Assembly (NCBI GenBank): GCA_023150835.1
Contig: JAKLKB010000054.1
Coordinates: forward strand, 1-42,852
Length of the DNA stretch: 42,852 bases
Source: Myxococcota bacterium
GTDB taxonomy: Bacteria > Myxococcota_C > UBA6777
Direction of reading: 5' to 3'
How positions within the stretch are numbered: the stretch's first letter is position 1; each line of letters starts with the position of its first letter. A model generated the notes under the pieces. That model made no database searches. It had not been told where the DNA came from and saw nothing but the letters and a program-made list of their open reading frames with translations. Both the position numbers and the translations under genes were made by a program. Below, piece after piece: positions 9,217-18,737 of this stretch.

Positions 9217-12177
9217 CTAGTACTTGACGCGTATCCATGCGTTGACATCGAACTTTTTCTGCGGAACAAACAGGATATCGCTGGCATCGTAGATGTCGAG
9301 GTTGAGCAGGTTGCTGAGGCGGATAACAAAGTCTAAGTGGCCCAAGATATCGAGAAATTGGACGGTAAAGAAAGTGTGGACATACCAAGGTGTCGCAATA
9401 CTCGGATCGGTGGGGATATCCAGACCGACTTGTTTGTAGCGGTCTTCGAGTTCTTTGGTGGTGGTCCAAAAGGGCAACATCACGGGCTGCCCACCTGTTT
9501 GGCTGTTGGCAGGCAAGATGCCGGGTGCAAAAACAGCCCGAGGGTCGGTGAGTTTCGGACCCACAAACAGCGCTCCTGCGGCCACCGAGAAAAATTGATA
9601 GCGATAGGACACCATCAACGAACCTGTCCATCCTGCGCCGTATTTCAGGCGCTCTTCTTCTGTTCCGAGGAGGTTGGCGGGATAGAGACCGACGTTCCCA
9701 CGTATATTCAGCCCACGAATCGGGAAGATCCGAAACTCCAATTCGGCTCCGTAGGTCACGAGGCTTTGGCTATTTTGTTTTTGCACATAGTCTTTGGTCC
9801 CGTCGGGTCGCTGACTTTGCGGAAACAACAGACGTAATTTTTCGATCTCTTCGGCGGTTTTGCCTGTTTCGTTGACTCCTGCGAGTTCTTCTTCTTTGCG
9901 CCGTTGGACGTAGGTAATCAAGTTGTTGAAAAGCGAGACAAATCCGGTCAAACTGACCGCCATCAGACGATTGCGCACCCAACCTGCTTGAAGTTCGAAG
10001 GTGTGGACGGATTCGGGCTTGAGGCTTGGGTTTCCGTAGGTTTCGTTGCGTCGCCAATAGTACCAATCTTGGAAGGACGGGGCTTTAAAAGCATTTCCGT
10101 ACAGCGCTTTGATGTAGAATCCTGCGCCGGGCGTCATGACTGCGGCGAGGCGAGGTGTGACCACCGCGCCGTATTGTTGGTCGTAGTCAAAGCGGGCACC
10201 TGCGGTGAATTCAACAAAGTTAAGCAGGTTGTATTGGAGTTGAAGAAAGGTGCTGAAGTGGATGTTGTTGATGTACGGGAGTTGCAGGCCAAGGACGCTT
10301 TGCCAGATATCGGGGAAATAAAGTTGCAGCAGGCTGAGGTACTCGAACTCGATCCCAAAGTTGAGAGAGAAGTTGTCCATGATCTGCGCAGAAAGTTGCG
10401 CACCGATCTCAAGGCGTTGGTCGGTACCAGCGAGCTTTCGGGTGAAGCGGCCATCTTGGTAAGTCGGCAAGCAAGCGGCTCCTAGAGGGATCTCTTGGGC
10501 GGCCTTGCTTCCGGGAGTTCGGGCCTCTTGGGGGGTGTTGTAGATCTTGCAGATGCGGCTGGCGCTGAGATTGACACGATCGATGCAGGGGGTGGTGGCG
10601 TTGGCGGGAAGAAGGTCACAAAGCGGATAATACCCTTGGAAGGAGCCTTGATTGCGTACCGCAAAATAGCCCGAAGCTCCGTCGAGTTGGGAGGCGCTGG
10701 CATTGGTGGACATCGGGTTGGCTTCGTATTGTGCGCCGGGCGCAAAGCCGTAATTGTCGTAAGAGGTCCACAGCAGCAAAGTTCCCCACGAGGCAAGCGG
10801 GGTGAGGTAGGACAGGCGGGCGATATGGCGATCAGAGGATATCTTGGTGTCGTCGCCGCCGACGATACTAAAAGAGCCAAAGGGCGCGAAGTATTCGTAT
10901 CGGTTGTGGTAGTAAGAAAGACTGAGTCCTTTCCAAGACATTTGCGCCATAAAGTAAAGATTGTTTTCTTCGTCACCGGGGGCTGTAAAGCTATAGCGTT
11001 GGTAGTTGAGGCCGGGATAGCGTGCGGGGAGTCCGCCAAAGGAGCGGAGTAGATCGTTGACGTTGTTGAGCTTTTTATAATCATCGTCGCTGAGCTTGAG
11101 GAACTCGTACACAGGAGCAAGAAGGGGGGAGCGGATATCGCGGGTGTAGGAGAAAGAAGCGCGCAGAGAGAGTCCGCCGATGACTTCGGCACCGCCTTGT
11201 GCGGTGAGGAAGTAGGAACCCGATAAGGGAGAACCCCCACCGACCATCTCGATCCCTTTGAGGGCTTGCCCTGTTTTGGTGATGACGTTGACCACGCCGC
11301 TGATGGCGTTGGCCCCCCACAGGGTCGATCCGGGGCCTCGGATGATCTCGATGCGCAGGACGTTGTCGGGACTGACGATGGTGGAGTTGCGGTTGAGTTG
11401 TCGCCAAGCCATGTTTTGGCCATCGATCAACAAGACGAGTTTGTCGCCGAAGGCAAGGCGGGGATTGAGTCCACGTATACCGATATCAGGCGAGAGTCCG
11501 TTGTGGTTGACGTCGATCCCTGTCATGTAGCGCAAGGCTTCGATCAGGTCACGAAAGCCGAAGGCGCGGAGTTCATCGCCTGTGATCACGGAGATCACCC
11601 CGGGGGCTTTTTGGAGGCGTTGTTCACGGCGACCTGCGGAGAAGACGACATCTTCGGCTGCGGTAGTTTCATCGTCTTTTTTGTCTTCTTTGGGGGCAGC
11701 GCGCAGGGCGAGAACAAAGGGCTTTTGTGGAGAAGCGAGCAAGGGGATGGGCTTTTTGTCGGTGCCTGTTCCGATGGTGTAAAACTCGATCCCTTCGGGC
11801 TTTGCAATGTTTGCGGGGATGGTTGCGCGATAAAACTCTCCGCGATAGAGAGCCATCTTGACGCGAGCAAATGTGGTCTTGCTTTTGTGTGTGCGGTAGA
11901 ACAAGAAGACATCTTCGAGATCTTCGTTGTTGGGGACTTGTCCGTTGATCTCGACAGGACGTCCGATATAAGGGGTTTTGGGTGGGAGCAACCGCATCTG
12001 TAGCTTGGTATCGGCAGCGTGGGCGGTGGGGAGCCTACCGAGCCAAGGCAGGCAAACCAAGGCGAGCCAGAGACCGAGGAGTCGTGGGTTTGTGGCGCGA
12101 TAGCGGAGTGGAGCTATCCTCAAAGGCAGGGGGGGGGCTGGGGGGGCAACACGGTGTGGTGTGCTTTGTGTGCGCAT
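9217..12177 (-). CDS. TonB-dependent-receptor-like outer-membrane protein (986 aa) with an N-terminal extension
   Basis: Signal peptide RLLGLWLALVCLPWLGRLPTAHA. A plug-domain-like segment GVISVITGDELRAFGFRDLIEALRYMTGIDVN is present. The long Tyr/Gly-rich region is typical of a beta-barrel, and the C-terminus ends NAWIRVKY (terminal aromatic). Confidence 0.65.
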   Translation of the reverse strand: MRTQSTPHRVAPPAPPLPLRIAPLRYRATNPRLLGLWLALVCLPWLGRLPTAHAADTKLQMRLLPPKTPYIGRPVEINGQVPNNEDLEDVFLFYRTHKSKTTFARVKMALYRGEFYRATIPANIAKPEGIEFYTIGTGTDKKPIPLLASPQKPFVLALRAAPKEDKKDDETTAAEDVVFSAGRREQRLQKAPGVISVITGDELRAFGFRDLIEALRYMTGIDVNHNGLSPDIGIRGLNPRLAFGDKLVLLIDGQNMAWRQLNRNSTIVSPDNVLRIEIIRGPGSTLWGANAISGVVNVITKTGQALKGIEMVGGGSPLSGSYFLTAQGGAEVIGGLSLRASFSYTRDIRSPLLAPVYEFLKLSDDDYKKLNNVNDLLRSFGGLPARYPGLNYQRYSFTAPGDEENNLYFMAQMSWKGLSLSYYHNRYEYFAPFGSFSIVGGDDTKISSDRHIARLSYLTPLASWGTLLLWTSYDNYGFAPGAQYEANPMSTNASASQLDGASGYFAVRNQGSFQGYYPLCDLLPANATTPCIDRVNLSASRICKIYNTPQEARTPGSKAAQEIPLGAACLPTYQDGRFTRKLAGTDQRLEIGAQLSAQIMDNFSLNFGIEFEYLSLLQLYFPDIWQSVLGLQLPYINNIHFSTFLQLQYNLLNFVEFTAGARFDYDQQYGAVVTPRLAAVMTPGAGFYIKALYGNAFKAPSFQDWYYWRRNETYGNPSLKPESVHTFELQAGWVRNRLMAVSLTGFVSLFNNLITYVQRRKEEELAGVNETGKTAEEIEKLRLLFPQSQRPDGTKDYVQKQNSQSLVTYGAELEFRIFPIRGLNIRGNVGLYPANLLGTEEERLKYGAGWTGSLMVSYRYQFFSVAAGALFVGPKLTDPRAVFAPGILPANSQTGGQPVMLPFWTTTKELEDRYKQVGLDIPTDPSIATPWYVHTFFTVQFLDILGHLDFVIRLSNLLNLDIYDASDILFVPQKKFDVNAWIRVKY

Positions 12178-12341
12178 CTTTTCCCTCGCTTGTTGAACAA
12201 CGTCGAAGAATCTTGCCTTGCAGAAGCACGCCGCCTCGACTTGGAGTGGGGCGGGTCAGTGGTAAGAAGCCGATTGTGCGAGGATGGCACGAACCGCAAG
12301 GAGATGCAAGCACATTGGAGGGGAGGGAGTGTCTGGGTGGG

Positions 12342-15020
12342 TCACTTGTCTTGGAGGCTTTGGAATTTGGATCGCATGGCGAAAGAGACGAGGATCTGGC
12401 CGACACGCTTGGTGGGACGGCCTTGGGCGAGGTATTTGTAGGCGACGTAGGCGACAGCGCGAGGATGGACGGTTTCGTAGTCGTTGGTGCTGTTTCGGCC
12501 TTTTTCGAGGACGTAACGCAGCCAAGCGTTGGTCACGCCGCTGACAGGGAAGTTGGAGCCGAGGACGCGTTTGAGTTCCGCTTCGATCTGTGCGCAGAGT
12601 TTGGGGTGGGCTTCGGTGTAGTGGCGTCCAGCGATGCCGCGAGGATCGCTCATAAAGATGCGGAGCGTTACTTTGCGCGGGAGGCGGATGCTTTCGAAGG
12701 GGAGTTGGGGTTTGTTGCCCTCTTCTTCTCGGTTTTGAGGGGGATCGGTCGCGACGACGGTTCGTCTTGTGGGTGGCGGTGGTGTGGGGCGATCGGTGGC
12801 CAAAGGTTCGAGGGAGGCGTTGATCTCTGCGGGTTTGTCGCTGCGCAGTTCAACGATGCGTGTGAGGGTCTTGTACCCGGGGGCTTTGAGTTGCAAGCGG
12901 TAACGTCCTACCGCAGCGATGTAGTTGTTGATGGGGGTATAGCCGATTAATTGGCCGTTGAGTTCGACGCGTGCGGAGGGTGTGGTACCGATGTAAAGTT
13001 TGCCTTGTTGAGGCTGTGCGGGATCCTGTGTTTCGGGCGTTTTGACAGGATCAGCGGAGGCTGCGCGTTTGGCGCGTCGCTTGGGTGGTTTGCGCCAACG
13101 CCGGCGTTTGCGGCGTGATGTGCGGACTTCGGGTTCCTCGTCGGGTCCTGTGGTTGGGGGGGGCGGGGTGGTACGGGGGAGATCACTTTGAAGGGGAGGG
13201 GGCGGCGGGCGGCGGGCAGCGGCCATCGCGGAGGTGATCTGCTGCTCCAATCGAAGGATGTTTGGGTGGTTGGGGGTTTGTTTTTTGAGGACTTGCAGGA
13301 AAGAGCGTGTTTCGAGCAGTTCGCCTTTTTTGATCATCTCTTCGGCGATCTTGAGTTGGGCCATCAGATCGAGGGTTTGGCGTTGGGTTTGTATCCAGTC
13401 GCCAAATTTTTGGTGTGCGCCGTCCATCTGCTCAAAGATGCGCAAACGCATCCGAGCTTCTTTGTGCTCGTTTTTGTCCATCAGTGCGGCGATTTGGAGC
13501 CTTTGTTTTTCGAGGGCACCGTCGTTGGGGCGGAGGAAAAACCACCATCCAGCCGCAGATCCTGAGAGAAGCAGCAGCAACATGAAACTCAGAACGAGCC
13601 AACGGGTGCCGCTGCTTCGAGGTGTCGAGCGGATACCGCTTTGTCCTTCAAGCGAAGGACTTGCGGGAACGCCTGCGGCCAAGGTCTCTTCGCCCGTGTC
13701 TTCGGGCAGTCCGGCTTGGATGTGGGCGAGATTCATTTGGGCCATCATGCCCGCGCCGCTTTGGTGGCCTTGGGATGGGGTATGTGTGGCTCGTCCCATC
13801 GCAGCCAACGAAGCCGAAGAAGGGGGGGTTCCTCCTTGGTAAGCGACCGGACCCATGCCTTGATAAGAAGCGGGTGTGGTTTGGCTGTAGGAGGGTGGAA
13901 AGTTGCCTGTGTGTTGGGTATTCCAGCCGGGTTGTGAGATCTGCGAGTTGTATCCGGGATGTTGGAAGTTGGGGATCATATCGGGCGAAGCAAATTCACC
14001 TGCAAACCGAACGAGATCAGCGGGGGTGAGGGGAGAGAAGATGCCCGTTTGATCGGTTCGTTGTTCGTCGGGGAAAAATTCTTGGGTGAGTTCGGCAAGC
14101 TGTGCTGTTCCGAAGTATTCGCCACTTTCGTGCATGAATTTTTCGAGATCGCCGCGCAGTTCGTCTGCGGAGTTGTAGCGCAAGTCGCGCTCTTTGGCGA
14201 GCGCTTTCATCACGATGGTTTCGAGAGCTTCGGGATAGCTGCGATCGAACTTGGACGGGGCCATCACTTGGGCTTCGCTGACGGCTTTAATCACTTCGAT
14301 CTCGCTGCGGCGACCAAACAGGCCGACGTTGGTGGTCATCTCATAAAGGATGATCCCGAGCGAGAAGATATCGGAGCGGTTGTCGAGGTCTTTGTTGGCG
14401 ATTTGTTCGGGGGACATATAGCGGTACTTGCCTTTGATGGTCCCTGCGCTGGTACGGTGTTGCTGGGTGGTGGCTTTGGCAACGCCGAAGTCGACGATCT
14501 TGGCGACTCCGTTGTAGGAGACCAAGATATTGGTGGGGCTGACGTCGCGGTGGATGATTTGGAGGGGGTATCCGTCGTCATCGACGGCAGTGTGGGCATA
14601 ATGCAAGCCTGCGGAGGCTTGGGCGAGGATCGCGGCAGAGACGGCATACGGGGAGAACTTGGTGGGGCGTTGTTTGTAAAGGCGTTTTCGGAATTCGCGG
14701 AGGCTTTGCCCACGAATAAACTCCATCGCGATGAAGTACACGCCGACTTGTTCGCCGATCTCCAAGATGCGGACGATGTTGGGATGTTCGAGGCTTGCGG
14801 CGATCCGCGCTTCGTCCAAGAACATCTGAACGAATTGTTCTTCTTTGGCCAAGTGAGGCAGGATGCACTTTAAGACGATCGTCTTGCGAAAACCCCCGAT
14901 ACCCGGTTGTTTTGCCAAGAACAATTCGGCCATCCCCCCCGTCGCGAGTCGAGCAAATACGCGGTATTTGCCAAACTGAACGCCAATCTCGTCTCGGACT
15001 TGCTGTTTCGCGTTATCCAT
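12342..15020 (-). CDS. Ser/Thr protein kinase 3 (Hanks-type): kinase, transmembrane helix, helical region, PEGA domain, C-terminal domain
   Basis: Motifs present: GGMAELF, IVLKCIL, HRDVSPTNILV, DFGVAK and MSPEQ. Transmembrane helix WLVLSFMLLLLLSGSAAGWWFF. PEGA domain LYIGTTPSARVELNGQLIGYTPINNYIAAVGRYRLQLKAPGYKTL. Confidence 0.85.
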   Translation of the reverse strand: MDNAKQQVRDEIGVQFGKYRVFARLATGGMAELFLAKQPGIGGFRKTIVLKCILPHLAKEEQFVQMFLDEARIAASLEHPNIVRILEIGEQVGVYFIAMEFIRGQSLREFRKRLYKQRPTKFSPYAVSAAILAQASAGLHYAHTAVDDDGYPLQIIHRDVSPTNILVSYNGVAKIVDFGVAKATTQQHRTSAGTIKGKYRYMSPEQIANKDLDNRSDIFSLGIILYEMTTNVGLFGRRSEIEVIKAVSEAQVMAPSKFDRSYPEALETIVMKALAKERDLRYNSADELRGDLEKFMHESGEYFGTAQLAELTQEFFPDEQRTDQTGIFSPLTPADLVRFAGEFASPDMIPNFQHPGYNSQISQPGWNTQHTGNFPPSYSQTTPASYQGMGPVAYQGGTPPSSASLAAMGRATHTPSQGHQSGAGMMAQMNLAHIQAGLPEDTGEETLAAGVPASPSLEGQSGIRSTPRSSGTRWLVLSFMLLLLLSGSAAGWWFFLRPNDGALEKQRLQIAALMDKNEHKEARMRLRIFEQMDGAHQKFGDWIQTQRQTLDLMAQLKIAEEMIKKGELLETRSFLQVLKKQTPNHPNILRLEQQITSAMAAARRPPPPPLQSDLPRTTPPPPTTGPDEEPEVRTSRRKRRRWRKPPKRRAKRAASADPVKTPETQDPAQPQQGKLYIGTTPSARVELNGQLIGYTPINNYIAAVGRYRLQLKAPGYKTLTRIVELRSDKPAEINASLEPLATDRPTPPPPTRRTVVATDPPQNREEEGNKPQLPFESIRLPRKVTLRIFMSDPRGIAGRHYTEAHPKLCAQIEAELKRVLGSNFPVSGVTNAWLRYVLEKGRNSTNDYETVHPRAVAYVAYKYLAQGRPTKRVGQILVSFAMRSKFQSLQDK

Positions 15021-15268
15021 GATCCGTATCCTTTGATGGGGGGCCGCTTACCCTCACCGTACAAGACGGTCCTTGTTTTCCGCACAAGGAGCGACGCCCA
15101 TGCAATGCTGATCGCCGATAGAGAGCGGCTTTCTCTTCAAAGAAACGTGCGGTGGAGAAAGACCGATCTAAGCAAAAGTGTGTTGGATGATAGTCTATCT
15201 CGCTTTGCGATGCAAAGGAGATGCGCAGAAAAACTTTGTATCCTTGTGGTGCTGGGTGGTTTTGGGGG

Positions 15269-16513
15269 TCAATGTTTTCGGATAGTGCGGCGTTGTTGAA
15301 AAAAGCGGTGCAGGGCGGGCAGGATATCTTGATCAGTATGAAGGCGGAGCGAGTCGATTTGTGCGCGTGTCAAGGTGTCGTCCCATGCTTGTTGTTGGGA
15401 CCGAGCATGGCTGTGATGTTGTGTACGCAAGGTGTCGAGATCAAGCGTGGTGGGGCGTAAGGTTCCTTCTTCGAGATCGCGAAGCCAGACGGTTCCGAGG
15501 TGGCGGTGAGAGCGAAGACCCCACGATCCAAGCAGAGCCACCAAGGTCGCAGCCCCCGCACTCGCCCACCACGTCCCACCCCAAAGCACCGCAGGAAGCC
15601 ACCAAAGCATCACAAAAAGCCAAGCCGTGATGCCCGGGCTATCGCTTGGGGTGCTTTGCGAAGGTTCTGGCTCTGCGATTGCGGAGGATGTGGAAGATGC
15701 GGAAGATGCGGAAGATGCGGAAGATGCGGAAGATGCGGAAGATGCGGAAGATGCGGAAGATGCGGAAGATGCGGAAGATGCGGAAGATGCGGAAGGTAGG
15801 TCGCTTTCGAGGGGATCTTGGATGCACAAAACGCTTAGCTCGTAGCGTTGCGAGGCGACTTGGAGCAGTCGTTCGTCGATCGGAAGGAGCAGATCAGAGA
15901 GCAAAAAGACGATGCTGTTGCGGCGTTCGACGTGTTGAAGGTACTGGAACGCGGCGTACAGATCGCTATGGGTGCGGGTGAGATGACGTTCGGGGGGGTG
16001 CAAGATCTCTTGGATCAAGCGCATGACGTGTTTTCGGCCTTTTTGAGGTGCGACATACCGTTCGACGCGATCGCTAAAGACGATCAGGCCCACGCGGTCG
16101 TTGTTTTTGGTTGCACTCAACGCGATCAACATCGCGATCTCTGCACCGAGCATCCGTTTGCTGCGCCAGACTGTGCCCCACTGCATCGAGGGCGAAGCAT
16201 CCCACAAGATCATCACCGAACGTTCGCGCTCTTCGGCGAATTGTTTGACGTAGGTATCACCCATCCGAGCAGAGACATTCCAGTCGATCCAACGGACTTC
16301 ATCGCCCGGCTGGTACAAGCGAAGATCTTCAAACGACATCCCACGCCCTCGAAACGACGAGTGATAGTCGCCTGCGAACAGGTGGTTGACTTGGCGGCGT
16401 GCGACGATCTCCAGTCGCTGTAGCGCCCGGGTCATTGCTTGTTCTGGGTCTTCGTCCTGATCATCAAGGGCTGACCATGCCCAGATGTCCGCATCGATCG
16501 GCTTTTCTTGCAT
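15269..16513 (-). CDS. DUF58 family protein (MoxR-associated VWA-like) with an internal (Ser-Ala-Ser)n repeat and a C-terminal transmembrane segment
   Basis: The track ORF was trimmed to the ATG at 16513 (MQEKPIDADI...), preceded by AAGGAGAGGG. The DUF58 core is recognisable (RGRGMSFEDLRLYQPGDEVRWIDWNVSAR...VMILWDASPSM...DRVGLIVFSD). It is followed by SAS x about 11 and a hydrophobic stretch AWLFVMLWWLPAVLWGGTWWASAG. Confidence 0.7.
   Translation of the reverse strand: MQEKPIDADIWAWSALDDQDEDPEQAMTRALQRLEIVARRQVNHLFAGDYHSSFRGRGMSFEDLRLYQPGDEVRWIDWNVSARMGDTYVKQFAEERERSVMILWDASPSMQWGTVWRSKRMLGAEIAMLIALSATKNNDRVGLIVFSDRVERYVAPQKGRKHVMRLIQEILHPPERHLTRTHSDLYAAFQYLQHVERRNSIVFLLSDLLLPIDERLLQVASQRYELSVLCIQDPLESDLPSASSASSASSASSASSASSASSASSASSASSASSTSSAIAEPEPSQSTPSDSPGITAWLFVMLWWLPAVLWGGTWWASAGAATLVALLGSWGLRSHRHLGTVWLRDLEEGTLRPTTLDLDTLRTQHHSHARSQQQAWDDTLTRAQIDSLRLHTDQDILPALHRFFQQRRTIRKH
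15681..15797. repeat. 9-bp tandem repeat (gcggaagat) of about 13 units, 10 perfect, inside the DUF58 CDS
   Basis: Read directly from the sequence. On the minus strand it encodes SASSASSAS...; the other frames read EDAEDA, RKMRKM and IFRIFR. The period is a multiple of 3, so copy-number change keeps the reading frame. Confidence 0.9.
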
Positions 16514-16877
16514 ACCCTCTCCTTGGTGGGGAATAGGTCGCTTCGAGGTGTTGCGTACCTCGCACGATATCTGAGAGAAGTGTACATGGGGCGTCGGCAC
16601 GGTTTGCTATAGACGCCCTATGGTTGGGCAGCCACAGGTGCTCTTTGCGATCGCATCACGGGCGGATCTCGTACCGTCGCCTCTTTCCGTCGGTGTGATC
16701 TCCGAGAGCCTCGATTACATCAAGGCATCGCGTGCCTCAAGGCCATCCTTCGGGTGTATCGCCTGAATTGACAACTGGCTTGGTGCGTGGTAGCCCCCAA
16801 ACCAACTTCCAGATCTCGCGTCTCTAAGCAAGAGGCCATGCGCCGATCTTTGACCGATACGATCCACAGGAGCCGTC

Positions 16878-17846
16878 ATGTCCAATCCGCAACGCTATCT
16901 CTCAGGAGTCCAACCTTCGGGACTTTTGCATCTAGGCAATTACTTCGGTGCGATCCGCCAACACATCCTCAACCAAGACAATGCTTTTTACTTTATTGCG
17001 AATTATCACGCATTGACGACCTTGCGTGATGCGGTGCAGTTGCGTCAACACACGCACGATGTGGCCGTCACGTATCTTGCGCTGGGTTTGGACCCCGCAC
17101 GCGCTACTTTTTTCCGACAGTCCGATGTTCCCGAAGTGACCGAGCTGACGTGGTTGTTGTTGACGGTGACGGGGATGGGGTTGTTGGAACGCGCCGTGTC
17201 TTACAAAGAGAAGAAGGAGCGTGGAATCGCCGCAACAGCGGGCTTGTTCACATATCCTGTGTTGATGGCGTCGGATATCTTGATCTACGACGCGGATGTC
17301 GTTCCTGTGGGAAGCGACCAAGTTCAACATCTTGAGATGACAAGAGATATCGCACAGACCTTCAACAACACATTCGAGCGAGAGGTCTTTAAGTTGCCGC
17401 GCTATGTGCTTGGGACGCCTGTTCCTGTGCCGGGGTTGGACGGGCAAAAGATGTCCAAAAGTTATTCGAACACCATCCCGATCTTTGAAAAAGGCAAGGC
17501 ATTGAAAAGCCTTGTGATGTCGATCAAGACGGATAGCACGCCTCTCGAAGAGCCAAAAGATCCAGACAATTGCAATGTTTTTGCTTTGTACAAGTTGTTT
17601 GCAAGCGAGCAAGAGATCGCACAGATGCGCGACAATTACGGGAAAAGTGGTTATGGCTACGGTCATGCAAAGAAGGCGTTGCTTGAGTTGATCGATGCGC
17701 ACTTTTCGGAAGCCCACAAACGGCGCGAAGCATTGGAGAAAGATCCCGATTATGTAGAGGATATCTTGAGAGAAGGGGGGCGGCGCGCCCGCGAAGCTGC
17801 ACGTCAGGTCTTGGAGCGTGCGCGGCAAGCCTGTGGGATCTCTTGA
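16878..17846 (+). CDS. trpS: Tryptophan--tRNA ligase
   Basis: N-terminal GVQPSGLLHLGNYFGA (the TrpRS HxGN variant of HIGH), the KMSKS motif (GQKMSKS), and the overall TrpRS fold blocks. Confidence 0.9.
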   Translation: MSNPQRYLSGVQPSGLLHLGNYFGAIRQHILNQDNAFYFIANYHALTTLRDAVQLRQHTHDVAVTYLALGLDPARATFFRQSDVPEVTELTWLLLTVTGMGLLERAVSYKEKKERGIAATAGLFTYPVLMASDILIYDADVVPVGSDQVQHLEMTRDIAQTFNNTFEREVFKLPRYVLGTPVPVPGLDGQKMSKSYSNTIPIFEKGKALKSLVMSIKTDSTPLEEPKDPDNCNVFALYKLFASEQEIAQMRDNYGKSGYGYGHAKKALLELIDAHFSEAHKRREALEKDPDYVEDILREGGRRAREAARQVLERARQACGIS

Positions 17847-17988
17847 GGCTGTGTTCTTGACCGCGTATGGTTTTTTATGTAGGGTGCTTGTTTTGGCTTT
17901 GCGTGATTGCCTTGGCGTCTTCGGGCCATCGGGCCTTTCTTTCCCCACGCACGTGGATAAACACAGACATTTGTTGAGCGAATAAGCG

Positions 17989-18735
17989 ATGTCACGAGAC
18001 CGCACCGAACAAGCAAGAGAAGAAGCGATCCAGCTTTACCAACAAGGTGTGAAGGCCCAAGCCTTGGGGGAGTATACCCAAGCCGAAGACAGTTACCAAC
18101 GTTGCTTGCTGATTATGCGGGCGATCGGTAACCGAAACGGACAAGCGGCGGCCCTGCACTATCTTGGAACCTTGTACGAGTCCAAGGGAGATTTCCAAGA
18201 ATCCCTGAAGTGCTACGAAGAATCCAACGAGTTGTTTGCGTTGGATCAAGACCTCCAAAACAGTCTTTTTTCTGTTTTTTTTCAAGCCATGTTGCGCCTC
18301 AAGATGCGACAACACGACAAAAGCCAGCAGCTTTTGATGCGTGCGTTGGAGCTGGCTTTTCAGCTCGGCCCACACTTTGTCCAAGAAGCGTGGAGCCGTG
18401 TGCGCCAGATGGCGGGGGTGTTTTTTGCCCAACGTCAGATCGGGGTGTTGATCCGTCTCGGAGAAGGTTTGGAGGATACCAGTCGAAAAGTTCTCGACCA
18501 AGGTTCTTCGCCCTACCCGATGTTGGAGCGATTGGCCCAGATGACCCAACAATTGGGGATCTTTTTGATGGGGTGTGGGCGCCTGTGGGAACCTCCTGAA
18601 AACATTGATGAATTTCCAGAAGAAGAAGTCTCGTCATGGCTGCTCCAAGCCGCTGTCAATCTCGATCAAGCGACGGGGTCAGGACTTTCTTTTACCGACC
18701 TTGCGGCCAAAGTGATCCAAGAGCGCGAGCATTAA
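17989..18735 (+). CDS. TPR-repeat protein
   Basis: ALGEYTQAEDSYQRCL..., AALHYLGTLYESKGDFQESLKCYEES and further helical repeats typical of TPR. Confidence 0.6.
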   Translation: MSRDRTEQAREEAIQLYQQGVKAQALGEYTQAEDSYQRCLLIMRAIGNRNGQAAALHYLGTLYESKGDFQESLKCYEESNELFALDQDLQNSLFSVFFQAMLRLKMRQHDKSQQLLMRALELAFQLGPHFVQEAWSRVRQMAGVFFAQRQIGVLIRLGEGLEDTSRKVLDQGSSPYPMLERLAQMTQQLGIFLMGCGRLWEPPENIDEFPEEEVSSWLLQAAVNLDQATGSGLSFTDLAAKVIQEREH

Positions 18736-18737
18736 AC

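Noticed and set aside
16700-16877. Possible T-box leader upstream of trpS (GTGCGTGGTAGCC loosely resembles the T-box GGGTGGTACCGCG)
   Set aside because: The match to the T-box consensus is weak. No specifier-loop or antiterminator architecture could be traced, and T-box elements are uncommon in this type of organism. It was left uncalled.
16932-18005. 357-aa ORF antisense to trpS
   Set aside because: It is fully contained within the clearly identified trpS gene on the opposite strand and has no motifs.
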